A DNA stretch of 62,893 nt, counting the filler, from Octopus bimaculoides (lineage: Eukaryota), in the NCBI RefSeq assembly GCF_001194135.2. It is 4 parts of 3 records of this genome, joined end to end, with 100 filler letters (N's around TTAATTAATTAA, not from the genome) between each part and the next. Parts side by side here need not be neighbours in the genome. Positions count along the whole stretch, not along the records: positions 40,520 to 55,732 come from NC_068981.1; positions 55,833 to 62,893 come from NC_068987.1; 2 more parts are not named here. One strand, written 5' to 3'. Both the position numbers and the translations under genes were made by a program. Below are positions 49,071 to 61,801 of the stretch, in pieces. The notes beneath the pieces were generated by a model that made no database searches, had not been told where the DNA came from, and saw only the letters and a list, made by a program, of their open reading frames with translations. Position 1 is the stretch's first letter, and each line of letters starts with the position of its first letter.

Positions 49071-51494
49071 TATATTTGTAAAAAGTTGAATGCGAGTTCG
49101 TTCATTAATTGCACTAATTTTCCAAATATTTTTAACGTTGCTTCTTCATACATTTACTTTTGAATTTACTAGTGTAAATTTGTGTAGATATGAAAACTTA
49201 TAAATATGATAAATTTCTCCACAATTATATTAATAATATAAACAATTTAGCTCGATAATAACTAAAAAAGAGAAATTCTTTTGATTCCACTCTATAGATA
49301 ATTATATAAGTTTAGCAGTTGATTACATAAGTAAATTTCCTCTCATCTTCAGTTTTACTTTTTAACCGTTTAGTATCTACTCCCAAACCTTCTGTATAAC
49401 TTTTCTATACTGTGACTAAACAATAAATTCCGAAATATTCCGCTTATTTCTCTAAGAATAATAGACCTATTATTTACAATTAAGTACTTTGATTATAAAT
49501 TTATAAACCTGAAATTATTAGTGATTACTATTAAACGTTTTTTTCCTAATTGTTTATTTAGTCGTAATGATAATTGACAGTTAAATACAAATATTAGTTT
49601 GTTTTTTTTGTATTTGAAAATTCTTTACTTCCTTACTTGGATTTCTTATCCTAACAAAATACCGCCTCACCAGTTATTTTACCTCATTTATGGAAGTTTA
49701 AAATAAGCACATATATAGAAATTCATAGAGAGAATGTCAGCCTCTAATATTTTAATATTATTATACATATCAACACCCAGTTTATATTTTTTTAGTCTTG
49801 TTTAAAATAGACATGACTCCAAGAAAAAGAACACATTATAACATGATTATTAACATCAAAACTATGTACTTCTAACGTCTTTTTTAGTTTTTATCCAAGC
49901 TACCGGCGAGTACTTTCTGACAACTCAGATTTTCTGTTGTGAATTTCTGTCTTTCTGTACGAAACAAATTATATAGCAACATGAGAAATAAAAACTATAA
50001 TCCATTTTAACATCTAATTTCTTCCATTTACATAAATATGAATGAATTTGTTTAATAAGTTTAATCATATACTTAATATATATATAGTTCAGTTATTGGG
50101 ATTTCAATCAATAGATTTGTGGGTATTCCGTTTCACATAATGCTAAAATAACATATTGAGTATTTATGATAGAAAACTCGTGGTATTAATATGCACACCA
50201 AGAAATAAAATTAGTACAATAGCAGGATATATAATTTACTTCTTTAATTATCTCTTACTTAAGTTAAAATTACCATTTGGAAAGAACTACAGTATTGGAA
50301 GATCATAATATATGTAAACATCAGATTTATAATTCTAACAACACATCTTCAGGTTCATTTTTTAAAATATTGCTCAGCTATTTTACTTCACCATAAAGAC
50401 TAAGCGCTAACTTAAAAATTTTAAATTAAGAAAATTTTAAAAATTACAAAAATTAAAAATAAACTTTACAAAATTAAGAACTAAAAATTAGAAATTATAA
50501 ATATAAATTAGCATACATATATCAAACTTAGAATATCATATATAGAATGTCAAATATAAAATTATAAATCAAAATGAAGATGTCTTTGATTAAATGTGCA
50601 AAATAAAGTTATGTATCCACTTGTGATGGGTCAAGATGTCATTCAAAATGGCGATTAGAGGAAGTAAATATTGCAAGGCTCTATGGGAATTTATAGGTGA
50701 TTAGTTATAAGGGGGGTAATTCCACTATGCATAGTTTAAATTAAATTATCTTTCTCTATTACTATATTCTATCCAACTATTTTGAGGGATACATATAATT
50801 TGTTATAATGTAATATTTCATAATACTCAATTAACTAATTCATTTAATTATTTATATAACCTATTCAGCTACTGTAGTAATCAAAATTGTGTGGTTATTA
50901 GATTCAAGGGGTGGGGGCGGTTGAATATTTCATTTTATTGAAAGTAAATTTACTTTGGTGTCTACATTTGACTTCTCTTTCATCGTATGTGTTCAGTAAC
51001 TCCAACTATATTGATAGAGATAGATACATACGTACATACATATGTAATCGTATACTCTAAATCATAAAACCAGATATCATATACATCATGTATTTTATTC
51101 AAGATGTATAGCATATAAACACACATAGACATAGAAGAATATGTGTACGTGCGCACGTTTAAATATATATACATACATATATGAGTACCCTAGCTGATAC
51201 TGTCTAAATTTCGATAGAGATACCTTACTTCAGGTTGGAACCCAATTTTTTCTGGTGTTGATCGGAAGTCTAAAAATATAACTGGAAAAATATACTCACA
51301 TACTTATGTAAATATATGCACACATTTATAAATATAATGGTATATAAATTCACAACACACGCACACAAACAAACATACATGCACACACGTGCGCGCACAC
51401 ACATACACACAGATGAATACACACATATGCAACACATATATACACGTACAAGAAAACTTTATACGAAATTGGATTCAAATCAAAAATATATATA

Positions 51495-51574
51495 ATAAAT
51501 AGAATAGGAAACCTAAAATAAACGCAATTAAAGTAAAAAGAATCTCAACGAAGTATTATTACTAGATGTTATAA

Positions 51575-51651
<77 letters not shown>

Positions 51652-51786
51652 TAATAATAATACGCAAAACACTTTCAATACAGTAAACATAAGAGCACCA
51701 CAGCAAACCACAGCACATACCCAAGGCACACAGAGCTGCGCTCGGTAGTGAAGTGAAAGCACGTTATAAAAATAAAACTACTGAAC

Positions 51787-51842
<56 letters not shown>

Positions 51843-51922
51843 ATATACGAGAAAACCTAATAGAACTAAAATAAAACAAATCTCAATATAGTATTACTAG
51901 ATATTATATAATAATAATAATG

Positions 51923-52001
<79 letters not shown>

Positions 52002-52065
52002 TACCAGAAAACCTAATAGAACTAAAGTAAAACAAATCTCAATGTAGTATTGCTAGATATTATAT

Positions 52066-52135
<70 letters not shown>
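51495..52135 (+). repeat. (AAT)n arrays interleaved with three copies of a 65-80-bp unit and one LINE 3' end
   Basis: GAAAACCTAATAGAACTAAA.TAAAACAAATCTCAAT.TAGTATT.CTAGATATTATA at about 51848 and 52005, diverged copy at about 51500. Confidence 0.8.
51662..51786 (+). mobile_element. Extremely 5'-truncated R4/Dong-like 3' end inside (AAT)n
   Basis: ACGCAAAACACTTTCAATACAGTAA encodes RKTLSIQ*, like the LRKTLS terminus of the 33000-35217 element; (AAT)n on both sides. Confidence 0.6.
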
Positions 52136-52138
52136 GTA

Positions 52139-52178
<40 letters not shown>

Positions 52179-52515
52179 GTTAGGAATGTAAGAAAAGATA
52201 ACACAGAACGAGGAGACGTTCATATTTTCTTACATTTTAAGAAGTAAGAGGGAAATTACAAATGGGAATTTGGAGGGTTTGCAGTTTGCTTGTCTTTAGG
52301 ATATTGTAAAATTTTATTTTTTTATTTACATCCCCGCCATTTATATTGGACAGTTTGATTAAAATATTTAAACTCTTGAGACATGTGAACCCTTCCTTTT
52401 GTGCGTGGGACTTTCAGATTTTGACATGCGTGTCACAAAACTAATATGGAATAATTCCGAAAGAAAGATGATTGTAAGTAATAGCGATTTATATCAAGAA
52501 AGATACCTATACTTC

Positions 52516-52615
<100 letters not shown>

Positions 52616-55600
52616 CGTGTGTTTCTCTGAATAGAAATTAAACAACTATCTAAGCCGAAAGTATATAATATATGGATGAGCAAACACGTGTGTGTGTATA
52701 TATATATGAACACATATATACTTATATGCATGTGTGCATGCTTCTCTGTGTTTGTATGCGTAAGTGTATGTATGTATATTAATACATTTCTTAAATGGAA
52801 CTTCGGCAATTTACTGTACCCTAAGCAAAGGAATTTAGTGAGGTGAAGACAAGTCCGAGATGTCTCCGCAAATCTTTTGAAGGAATTTTTGATTTGACAT
52901 TCAATCTTCTTGTAGTCCCATACTCATTCTGGGTCTCATATCCTCTTCGGTTAGTAGTGGATAATAACTGCAATATTTTGCTCTAACAACTGCTATATTT
53001 CGCTGTCTTCAATGCCCCTGGATGCAAGGTATTTCACCGTCAAGTTTATGTAAAAAGCGATGTTCAATAGCTTTTATGGTTACCATCTGCCGGCAACAGT
53101 AGAAGATTGTGCGAACCGGCTGCTCTTCATCGCGAAATGTCAGAAATTTGGAACTGGTGCAATGCTTTTCAGTCTTTAGGACAGGCACAGAGCTGTGTGT
53201 GGCGACTGTTATTGCATCTGTATAGTCTTCAATAGGATTTGTCCAGCTCACGCTACTTTGGGAAGCGGATAAAATGTGTTGCAATGCATATCGCAATTCT
53301 ACATGATCATATATTATCTTTGCCCTCACCAACTGCCTATACTATGCCGCAAAAGTAATTAAGATCCAAGGAACAGTAACACAACGAATGCCTCTGGCCG
53401 TGCCCTCACCTTTCGAATCTCCATATATTACAGTATTAGCCTGAGAGCAGATCTGTGGTGCTCAACTTCAACTGTCCCGTTGTAGCGTTCACTGGCTTAT
53501 ATCAAGCACTTACTGTGGCTGATGGAAACGATGGCGTGTCATACGCTATTCAAGGCTTCGTCCAACTGTTTTTCTTTCTTACCTTTTCTTTTGTTGTTCT
53601 AAAAAATCAACTCCAGATTCGGCATAAGGCGGGTATGAAAATTTAATTCTTGCCTCTTACTAGATGTATTTCTCGGGTATTAAAGCGTTGACCTTTGTAG
53701 CATGGCTCCAAAATTTTATTTTTACTTTTACTGTTCCGGGGGTTCATCATTGCGTTTTTGCGTTTGTTTTTTGGGTTTTTTTCTCTTTTTGTTTTTCTGG
53801 TGAGCCTCGCCAGAAAATCCGTTATCAAAATTCTCTTTGTCACCTGATGTGCGGCTGTTCGTCAAATTACGAACATCTTTTCCACAAATGTATTTCCTTG
53901 TATAACTACCATTTTCTATATATTTTAACATGTAGATATTTTTAGTTGGTGCATAAATATTAAATTACATATATGGAACCTTCAGTTTCCTCTAATGCAT
54001 TGGATGCAATGTTTACTAATGTTTTTAAAATTGTCTGGAAGCAAAAAATTAAAAATGTAAATATTTTTCTCCCAAAACTAAGAAAGAGCAGAGAACAAAA
54101 CTCATACGTTTTCGGAAATTCTTAGAGTTGGCAAAAGACGTCTCTTGCTGGTACATCTAATAGTGATAGCAGTAAATAGTAATAATGATGATAATAACGA
54201 TAATAGTATTGAGTTATTCTGCTTATTTTCAAAACTGTACATAAACATCTAACACGTTTCATGATAGACGTCACTGAATGCTGGAATGAGTATCGCTTAA
54301 CATAATCTGAAATGGAAATTAAACGCGGTTTAAACTGACGTCAGCAGCAAAACCGACGCCAGTAGAGAGTCCTCGGTGAGTGGCTCTGAAATCTAATGAC
54401 GACATAGAAACATAAGTAGTGCCTAAGTGATAAACTATCATCTATTAATCTGGAACATTGAAATGCATTTCAAAACATTTTCAAAAAATAGGCAGGCATT
54501 TTGGGTACCCTTAGGATTTAGAGCAAAACCCCAGGCTTGCTTTAACGAGAACAATACCCGGATTGAAGAATAAATCGAGAGAAAGAGAACAGCTTTTTTA
54601 TGTTGCCTATCAAAATACCAATTCTTCTTCTTCTTCTTCTTCTTCTTCTTCTTCTTCTTCTTCTTCTTCTTCTTCTTCTTCTTCTTCTTCTTCTTCTTCT
54701 TCTTCTTCTTCTCCTCCTCCTCCTCCTCCTCCTCCTCCTCCTCCTTCTTCTTCTGGTGGTGGTGGTAATAATGGTGGTAATAAGGTCTGTCTGTACTCCT
54801 CTTCATTGAAATTGCTGTTATTTCATGTTTATTTCACGTGGCCACAACATAGATATGTTTCCCTACACCGCACTAGAAATCTCTGTGAGTGACCCCCACC
54901 ACACACACACACACACACACTTGGTAGGTCCTAAATTTCAGAGAAGGGTGGAAATTTCCTCCTTGTTTCTGCGCTCATAACATGAGATGTTTTGGGCCCT
55001 CGCAAAATGAGGTATGGTCTTCGTACAATCATTGGCAATATTGAAGCTTCTACCTCAGGACTTAGATCGTCATTCCATGGAGAAACATGCTCTCTACACA
55101 TGCCCTAAAGAAAACCAACCAATTTCACTCTGAAATACTTAATTTCCAGGCGTTTTCAAACTCACTACAAGCACTCCCAGATAGTTCCTTGCGTGTGCAG
55201 AAGCCTTTCTTAGTGTCAGCAACACAATACTCAAACGAAATAGATATTCTTTCAAACAAAAAAAGTGGCTGCTTAAACTGATGAAAATACGAAGCATTAT
55301 TTTTTTCAGATACACTCTATTGTTTTTAAAGCAGGACATGTACATTGAATAATGCTGACCGAGATACACTATGCCTGAACAAAGAAATAAGAGACTCTGG
55401 ACTAGAAAACCTTTCATGATAGATTTGCTGCATTACAAACAGATACACCTTTGACAAAACATTTCCTGATCCAAGATCCACAAGTTCTTAGCAACGATAT
55501 GAAAGGACACATTGAAAAATGTAGTCCTAGGTGTATAACGTCTGAATAAAAAAAGAGAATATTATGACCAAGGCGTCTTACATTAGAGTTCTTATGAGGC

Positions 55601-55696
55601 TACGAAAAGTGTGGAACAAGAAGAAGCAACACCAGATCAATCAACATAAATAATATAGAGACAACATAATCTACCACCACCACCACCACCACCACC

Positions 55697-55728
<32 letters not shown>

Positions 55729-55732
55729 CAAC

Positions 55733-55832
55733 NNNNNNNNNNNNNNNNNNNNNNNNNNNNNNNNNNNNNNNNNNNNTTAATTAATTAANNNNNNNNNNNN
55801 NNNNNNNNNNNNNNNNNNNNNNNNNNNNNNNN
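55733..55832. other. Synthetic scaffold-join spacer
   Basis: 44 N + TTAATTAATTAA (55777-55788) + 44 N. Confidence 0.95.
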
Positions 55833-55923
55833 GCCACTGACCTTGGTGAGAGAGACAAAATCCTGGCAATCTTATATCTACTTTTCCAGTGAAATTCTTC
55901 ACTGATATCGAAAAGGTGAAAAC

Positions 55924-56220
55924 AAGCAATGTTAATTCTCTAAATGAAGTATTAACAGTAACTGCACGATAAAGTGTAGTATATTGCCACTTAAGTGTGG
56001 CTGACCCCTAGGGGTGGATGTTACTGTTGCTTTTAGCCCCAGGAGGACATCTCCTCCAGCTGGCTTATCGACACACGACTGTGTCCTGACGAAGGGAAAT
56101 AACCCTGAAATCCGGATCCGTTCGTGCTGCAGATCATGGTGAATGGGATAACTTCCCTTGGCAAACAGGACACTTTATCGTGCAGTTACTGTTAATACTT
56201 CATTTAGAGAATTAACATTG

Positions 56221-56223
<3 letters not shown>
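55924..56223 (+). mobile_element. 300-bp non-coding element with perfect 54-bp inverted arms enclosing a hammerhead motif
   Basis: 55924-55977 is the exact reverse complement of 56170-56223; hairpin-rich 192-nt spacer; followed by (TA)n; no TSD seen. Confidence 0.8.
56060..56115 (+). ncRNA. Candidate type III hammerhead ribozyme
   Basis: CUGG(CUU)AU-C | GACAC(ACGACU)GUGUC-CUGACGA-AGGG(AAAUAA)CCCU-GAAA-UCCGG: perfect 5-bp stem I, perfect 4-bp stem II, intact core, AUC cleavage triplet at 56067-56069, stem III 2+4 bp with a 3-nt bulge. Confidence 0.65.
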
Positions 56224-56267
<44 letters not shown>

Positions 56268-57139
56268 AGCATGTTTCTTCAGAATTTCCATCAACTAAAT
56301 TCCTCTTACTAAATATGGGTCAACACGAATCTACAGTAGAAAATACTTGCTAAAGCTGCCACGGGGGAATGAACCTGTAGCTAGGTGATAGCGAAGCGAA
56401 CTTCTTAAATACACAATCATTTCTAGCATCGCACTTTTATTCTGACTCTAAAGGATGACTAGACATATTTCCGTAATCTGGAATTAATAAATTCCTATGC
56501 TCTATAGTGTACGGCATAATTAATCTCACTTGGTCCAAAAATCGATTTCATCAAATATCAAATATTTGTCAATCCGTTTTATTCAAGTAACGTACACAAA
56601 TACAATGCCACACAGGCTGTGCTTTCGCTTGCCAGTTTGCCAACAATATTAAGTAGGTATTTCACACTAATTAGCTGAGTCAGGCATAAGAATTAATTAC
56701 AAGTATCAATTAATCATTTATTATTAAGCCATACATATATACATTCATATATGTACATATACAGACACATACTCACACATACATACATAGATATATACAT
56801 GCATATATANNNNNNNNNNNNNNNNNNNNNNNNNNNNNNNNNNNNNNNNNNNNNNNNNNNNNNNNNNNNNNNNNNNNNNNNNNNNNNNNNNNNNNNNNNN
56901 NNNNNNNNNNNNNNNNNNNNNNNNNNNNNNNNNNNNNNNNNNNNNNNNNNNNNNNNNNNNNNNNNNNNNNNNNNNNNNNNNNNNNNNNNNNNNNNNNNNN
57001 NNNNNNNNNNNNNNNNNNNNNNNNNNNNNNNNNNNNNNNNNNNNNNNNNNNNNNNNNNNNNNNNNNNNNNNNNNNNNNNNNNNNNNNNNNNNNNNNNNNN
57101 NNNNNNNNNNNNNNNNNNNNNNNNNNNNNNNNNNNNNNN

Positions 57140-57189
<50 letters not shown>

Positions 57190-57688
57190 CACATATGTGT
57201 GTTTGAGTGTGCGTGTGTGCATATAAGTACATATATATATATATATGTACGTACATGCACATATATATACACGCGTATATACATGTATATAATATATACA
57301 TATATATACATATACGTATAAATATGTGTATATATGGGGGTGTATGCGCACACACACACACACTCACACACACGCAAACACACACACATACACACACACA
57401 CGTCACGCGCACGCTTGCACGTGGGGCCGATATATGCGTGTGAGCGTATCTGCTGGGAAATATATGAATCACATTGCCCACTCTAAGCCTCTTTTTTCTC
57501 TCAACGATTCTATTATCCTTTTTCTATTTTCGGTTGACCTTCTATGACCTTCATCTTGACTTTGACCTTCACTTTCACCTTGAGCAATCTGCCATGTTTC
57601 GGATTTCTAGTTATAAAAGGGTTTTTATCCTGAAATTGTAATAATATTACAGCAACAAGATGATCCAAATTCGTTTATATTCCCCTTC

Positions 57689-57750
<62 letters not shown>

Positions 57751-57764
57751 TTGTCTGTCTATCA

Positions 57765-57812
<48 letters not shown>

Positions 57813-58004
57813 GACTGAGTGTATATATGTATTCACATCCATATACATATACGCATACATATGTAGACATCACTCACACACACCATGTACACATATAAGA
57901 ATACATACATACAGACATATATATATGTATGTGTATATGCAATATACATACACACACACACACATATATATATACACACATACACACACACACACACACA
58001 CACG

Positions 58005-58040
<36 letters not shown>

Positions 58041-58432
58041 NNNNNNNNNNNNNNNNNNNNNNNNNNNNNNNNNNNNNNNNNNNNNNNNNNNNNNNNNNNN
58101 NNNNNNNNNNNNNNNNNNNNNNNNNNNNNNNNNNNNNNNNNNNNNNNNNNNNNNNNNNNNNNNNNNNNNNNNNNNNNNNNNNNNNNNNNNNNNNNNNNNN
58201 NNNNNNNNNNNNNNNNNNNNNNNNNNNNNNNNNNNNNNNNNNNNNNNNNNNNNNNNNNNNNNNNNNNNNNNNNNNNNNNNNNNNNNNNNNNNNNNNNNNN
58301 NNNNNNNNNNNNNNNNNNNNNNNNNNNNNNNNNNNNNNNNNNNNNNNNNNNNNNNNNNNNNNNNNNNNNNNNNNNNNNNNNNNNNNNNNNNNNNNNNNNN
58401 NNNNNNNNNNNNNNNNNNNNNNNNNNNNNNNN

Positions 58433-58477
<45 letters not shown>

Positions 58478-58479
<2 letters not shown>

Positions 58480-59455
58480 AGGGTATTATATGATCACCCG
58501 CATCGCTAAAAATAGAAGTCAAAATACTTCTAAGCCACGGAATAATCACAAAATTCATACAGGTATGATAGGAAAATATTTTAGTGAACAAGATTAGCAT
58601 CCTACCTCGCCAAGTCTGCAAGTTGAATGCTGGTTAGTTTGATGTAATGATTTCGCATTTAGTGCCAAACAATATCTGAATCTCCTCACCCAAATCTGCT
58701 AGGGACAGTTACTATAATTTGCCCCTATCATGCTTGTAAATCCCTTTGAAGTAGTCAAACGACCGCTTAAACAAGCGAAATATGTGAGATTATTCATAGA
58801 TAAATATGAGAATGATAATACTTTTCAAAATTCTATCGTTGGTGGCTGCGAGCATCAGCCGTGCAGGCAAATTAATGAAATATATATAAGATATATATAT
58901 ATAAGGGTATAACATGATCCCCTGCATCGCTAGAAACAGAAGTCAAAATACTTCTAAGCCACGGAAGAATCACAAAATTAATACACTTCTCTTTTTTGCG
59001 ATGCAGGGGCTCATGTAGTACCCTTGTATATATAAATCTTATATATATTTTAATAATTTACCTGTACAGCTTATGCTCGCAGCCACCAACGATGGTATGT
59101 TAAAGAATATTATCGTTCTCATATCTATTTATGAATAATTTAACGTATTTCGTTTGTTTAAATGGTTGTTTGACCACTTCAAATAAATTTACAGGCATGG
59201 TAGGGGCAAATTCTAGTAACTGTCCCTAGGAGATTTGGTTAAGGAGATTCAGGCACTGTTTGGCGTAATTTTCGAAATCATGTTATCAAATTGACCAGCA
59301 TTCCCGTTGCAAACTTGGTGGAGGGAGGACGCTAATTTTCTTCACTAAATATTTTCCCTATAATGCCTGTATTAATTTTGTGATTCTTCCGTGGTTTAGA
59401 AGTCTTTTGACTACTATTCTTAGGAATGCAGGTGATCATGTATTACCCTTGTATA
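58478..59455. repeat. Foldback of a roughly 425-bp satellite-like unit
   Basis: Forward unit 58478-58902 plus partial 58903-58986, then inverted partial and full unit 58987-59455; arms visibly diverged. Confidence 0.85.
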
Positions 59456-59571
59456 TATATGGTATATATTTTATTATTTGGATATATAAGTATTCATATA
59501 TACGTGCACTTATATGTATGTATGTATGTATGTATGTATATATAGATACGCATATATGTACGTACGTATAT

Positions 59572-59611
<40 letters not shown>

Positions 59612-60989
59612 NNNNNNNNNNTACTTCCGACACATGTTTCGAAGATATCACTGGTATTATTCCAAAGGAACAAATGGTGTAAAACAATGTAATCTTCTCT
59701 TCACGGAAATGAAGAAATAAAACTCGTCAATAAGATATTTTAACAGAATATGATGGATATGTATAGTGGTGAACTGAACGCTATTAAGTTTTTAAAAAAT
59801 AACTTTAGAGGATATAACGTCAAAGGTAGCCTATAGAAAGAGGAGGGCTAAAGGAAAGCAAAAATCAGAAACCAAATAAATGAGAAATATAGAACGATAT
59901 GTAAATTAAATAAAACCCTTAAATCTTGGAACAAGATATATCTAGTGGAAGTGAAATGTAAGAAGAAAATCAATGTTTAAATTATATATAATGGTAGATA
60001 TCACTTATATGAACTAAAGGTGTGTTTCTGCCAATGTTTCTACCATCGGAATTTAGTAAAGATCAATATGAATTTCTCATTTTTATCTATTCAAGAAAAG
60101 TCGTCTTGTATTCCATAGTATATCATATTTGAGAGTTTATGGTGTTTATAGAATTACAAATTCATTTAGCTGATCAGGATTTTCTTTCCATAGAAGGAAA
60201 CAGTCATCCAGGAAGCTGCACCTGTTATTTTCAAATATTTACTGAAACTATTTTCAAGTATATGTGAGGATTGTTCATTGTTTTTAATTCATATCCCCAA
60301 ACTAGGTTCGCGTATGTTGTTGCATCTTTGATACTTCCAGCCGTGCTTGACTTTTGTCAACAGGCTATATCACCGAAAATAAAGTAATTTTCTTAAAAAA
60401 TAATTTGGCGCCATCTATGATAAATTCAATTATCAATATGGTCTGCTAGTTCATAAGCAAATGAATATAGCTTGTATTTGATAACTTCGATTCTGTAATT
60501 TGATTTATAAGTTCACAACATTACATAAAGTAATATAAGTATTTTCTTCCTCTCTTCTTATTAGATGTGTGAGCACATGGAAATCGTTTCCTTTAAAGCT
60601 CTGTATATGCTTCAAGAACTGTTTCAGCAAGATATCTTATTTTAGCAGCATGATAAATTACAGTAGTAATGTTTCTCGCACGTCGAGCTAGCTACAGCGA
60701 ATCCTAATTTTAGATCAGTGAGAGTATATTCATACAACCATACCTTGTTCTTTCACATGAAACAATCATCAATGTACTTTTGTGTATTTTTGATAATCTT
60801 TAAAAGTTTCTCCTTTTACATTTGAAATTTGTAAGATTATTTAATTGTTTATCTGTTAAACATTTTCTATATAAATGTAGTAAAGCATTGAGTTGTTTCA
60901 GAATATAAGTCGCTGTCCGTGACCAATGATTTACAAATCCTTTCACACTCCGACAGCATAAATGCAAGGGCAGAAAGACACCTTAATAG

Positions 60990-61310
60990 AAAAACACCTT
61001 AATAGAAAATGCATATCGATTGTGTGAGGGTGTAAAACCACACAAACAACAGAAGGTGGTTTTAAAATTACCCAACTAAATTTGACAGAGGACAATTTTA
61101 AACATTCTTGTAAACACAGAATATCTTGCAAGTACAGAATTTCATTGGTTCCAGAGAGATCTTTGTCTCAACATATCTGGAAACATAAAAATATTGAAAT
61201 CCAAAACACGCTGATAAAATGAACTATCATCGAAAAGGTCAGACCATTCGCGAATAAAACATACAACGCAGTTAATGCATTGCAGGGAAGTCTCCTATAT
61301 TAATATTAGT
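60990..61310 (+). mobile_element. Decayed Penelope-like GIY-YIG endonuclease remnant (second family)
   Basis: TEGGFK...SLSQHIWKHK...IK*TIIEKVRPF resembles the PLE TEG.FK.R...LS.HIW.LK...IKW.I pattern. Confidence 0.55.
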
Positions 61311-61801
61311 ATATAATCTAAACGGAAAACGACACGTTCTCTACATACGTTTCACTGAAAATAACACACCAAAGAATATGAAATCTAAGTTGTTTAACAC
61401 TTTTTATCAAGAGAAATCTTCTCTTGTCCTTAAGCCACTATAGTATTGTACTGTAGAGTGGCCTCCCCTACTAACATAACATAGAACTGTTCCCTTATTG
61501 ACTCAGTAAAATGCTCTAGATTAAACCATGATCACATTAGGAGCTATGTAGCCGATGAACACGACGCATGGACATAGTGTAGTGGCTCCTGATGTGCAAT
61601 CTGTTCATTCATCTCTGTGACCCGTGAAGGATCGAAATGAGAAATGTGCAATAAGAAAGAATAATCATTTTCTTGGAAATATATACTACTTGTCCAAAGT
61701 GTGTACAAACTTGTCAAAATTTGAGTGTACTTGTACTTGTGCATATATACATACATACATACATACATATATATATATACATACATACATATATATATAT
61801 A

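Noticed and set aside
49075-50900. Mitochondrial insertion (NUMT)
   Set aside because: Trial translations gave no mitochondrial protein motif and I saw no rRNA or tRNA signature
55250-55670. Possible highly decayed R4/Dong-like fragment
   Set aside because: Only vague motif echoes; no continuous frame I can defend
61612-61640. Hammerhead-like CUGUGACCCGUGAAGGAUCGAAA downstream of the PLE remnant (similar weak case at 7705-7740)
   Set aside because: Core incomplete and no cleavage-site helix
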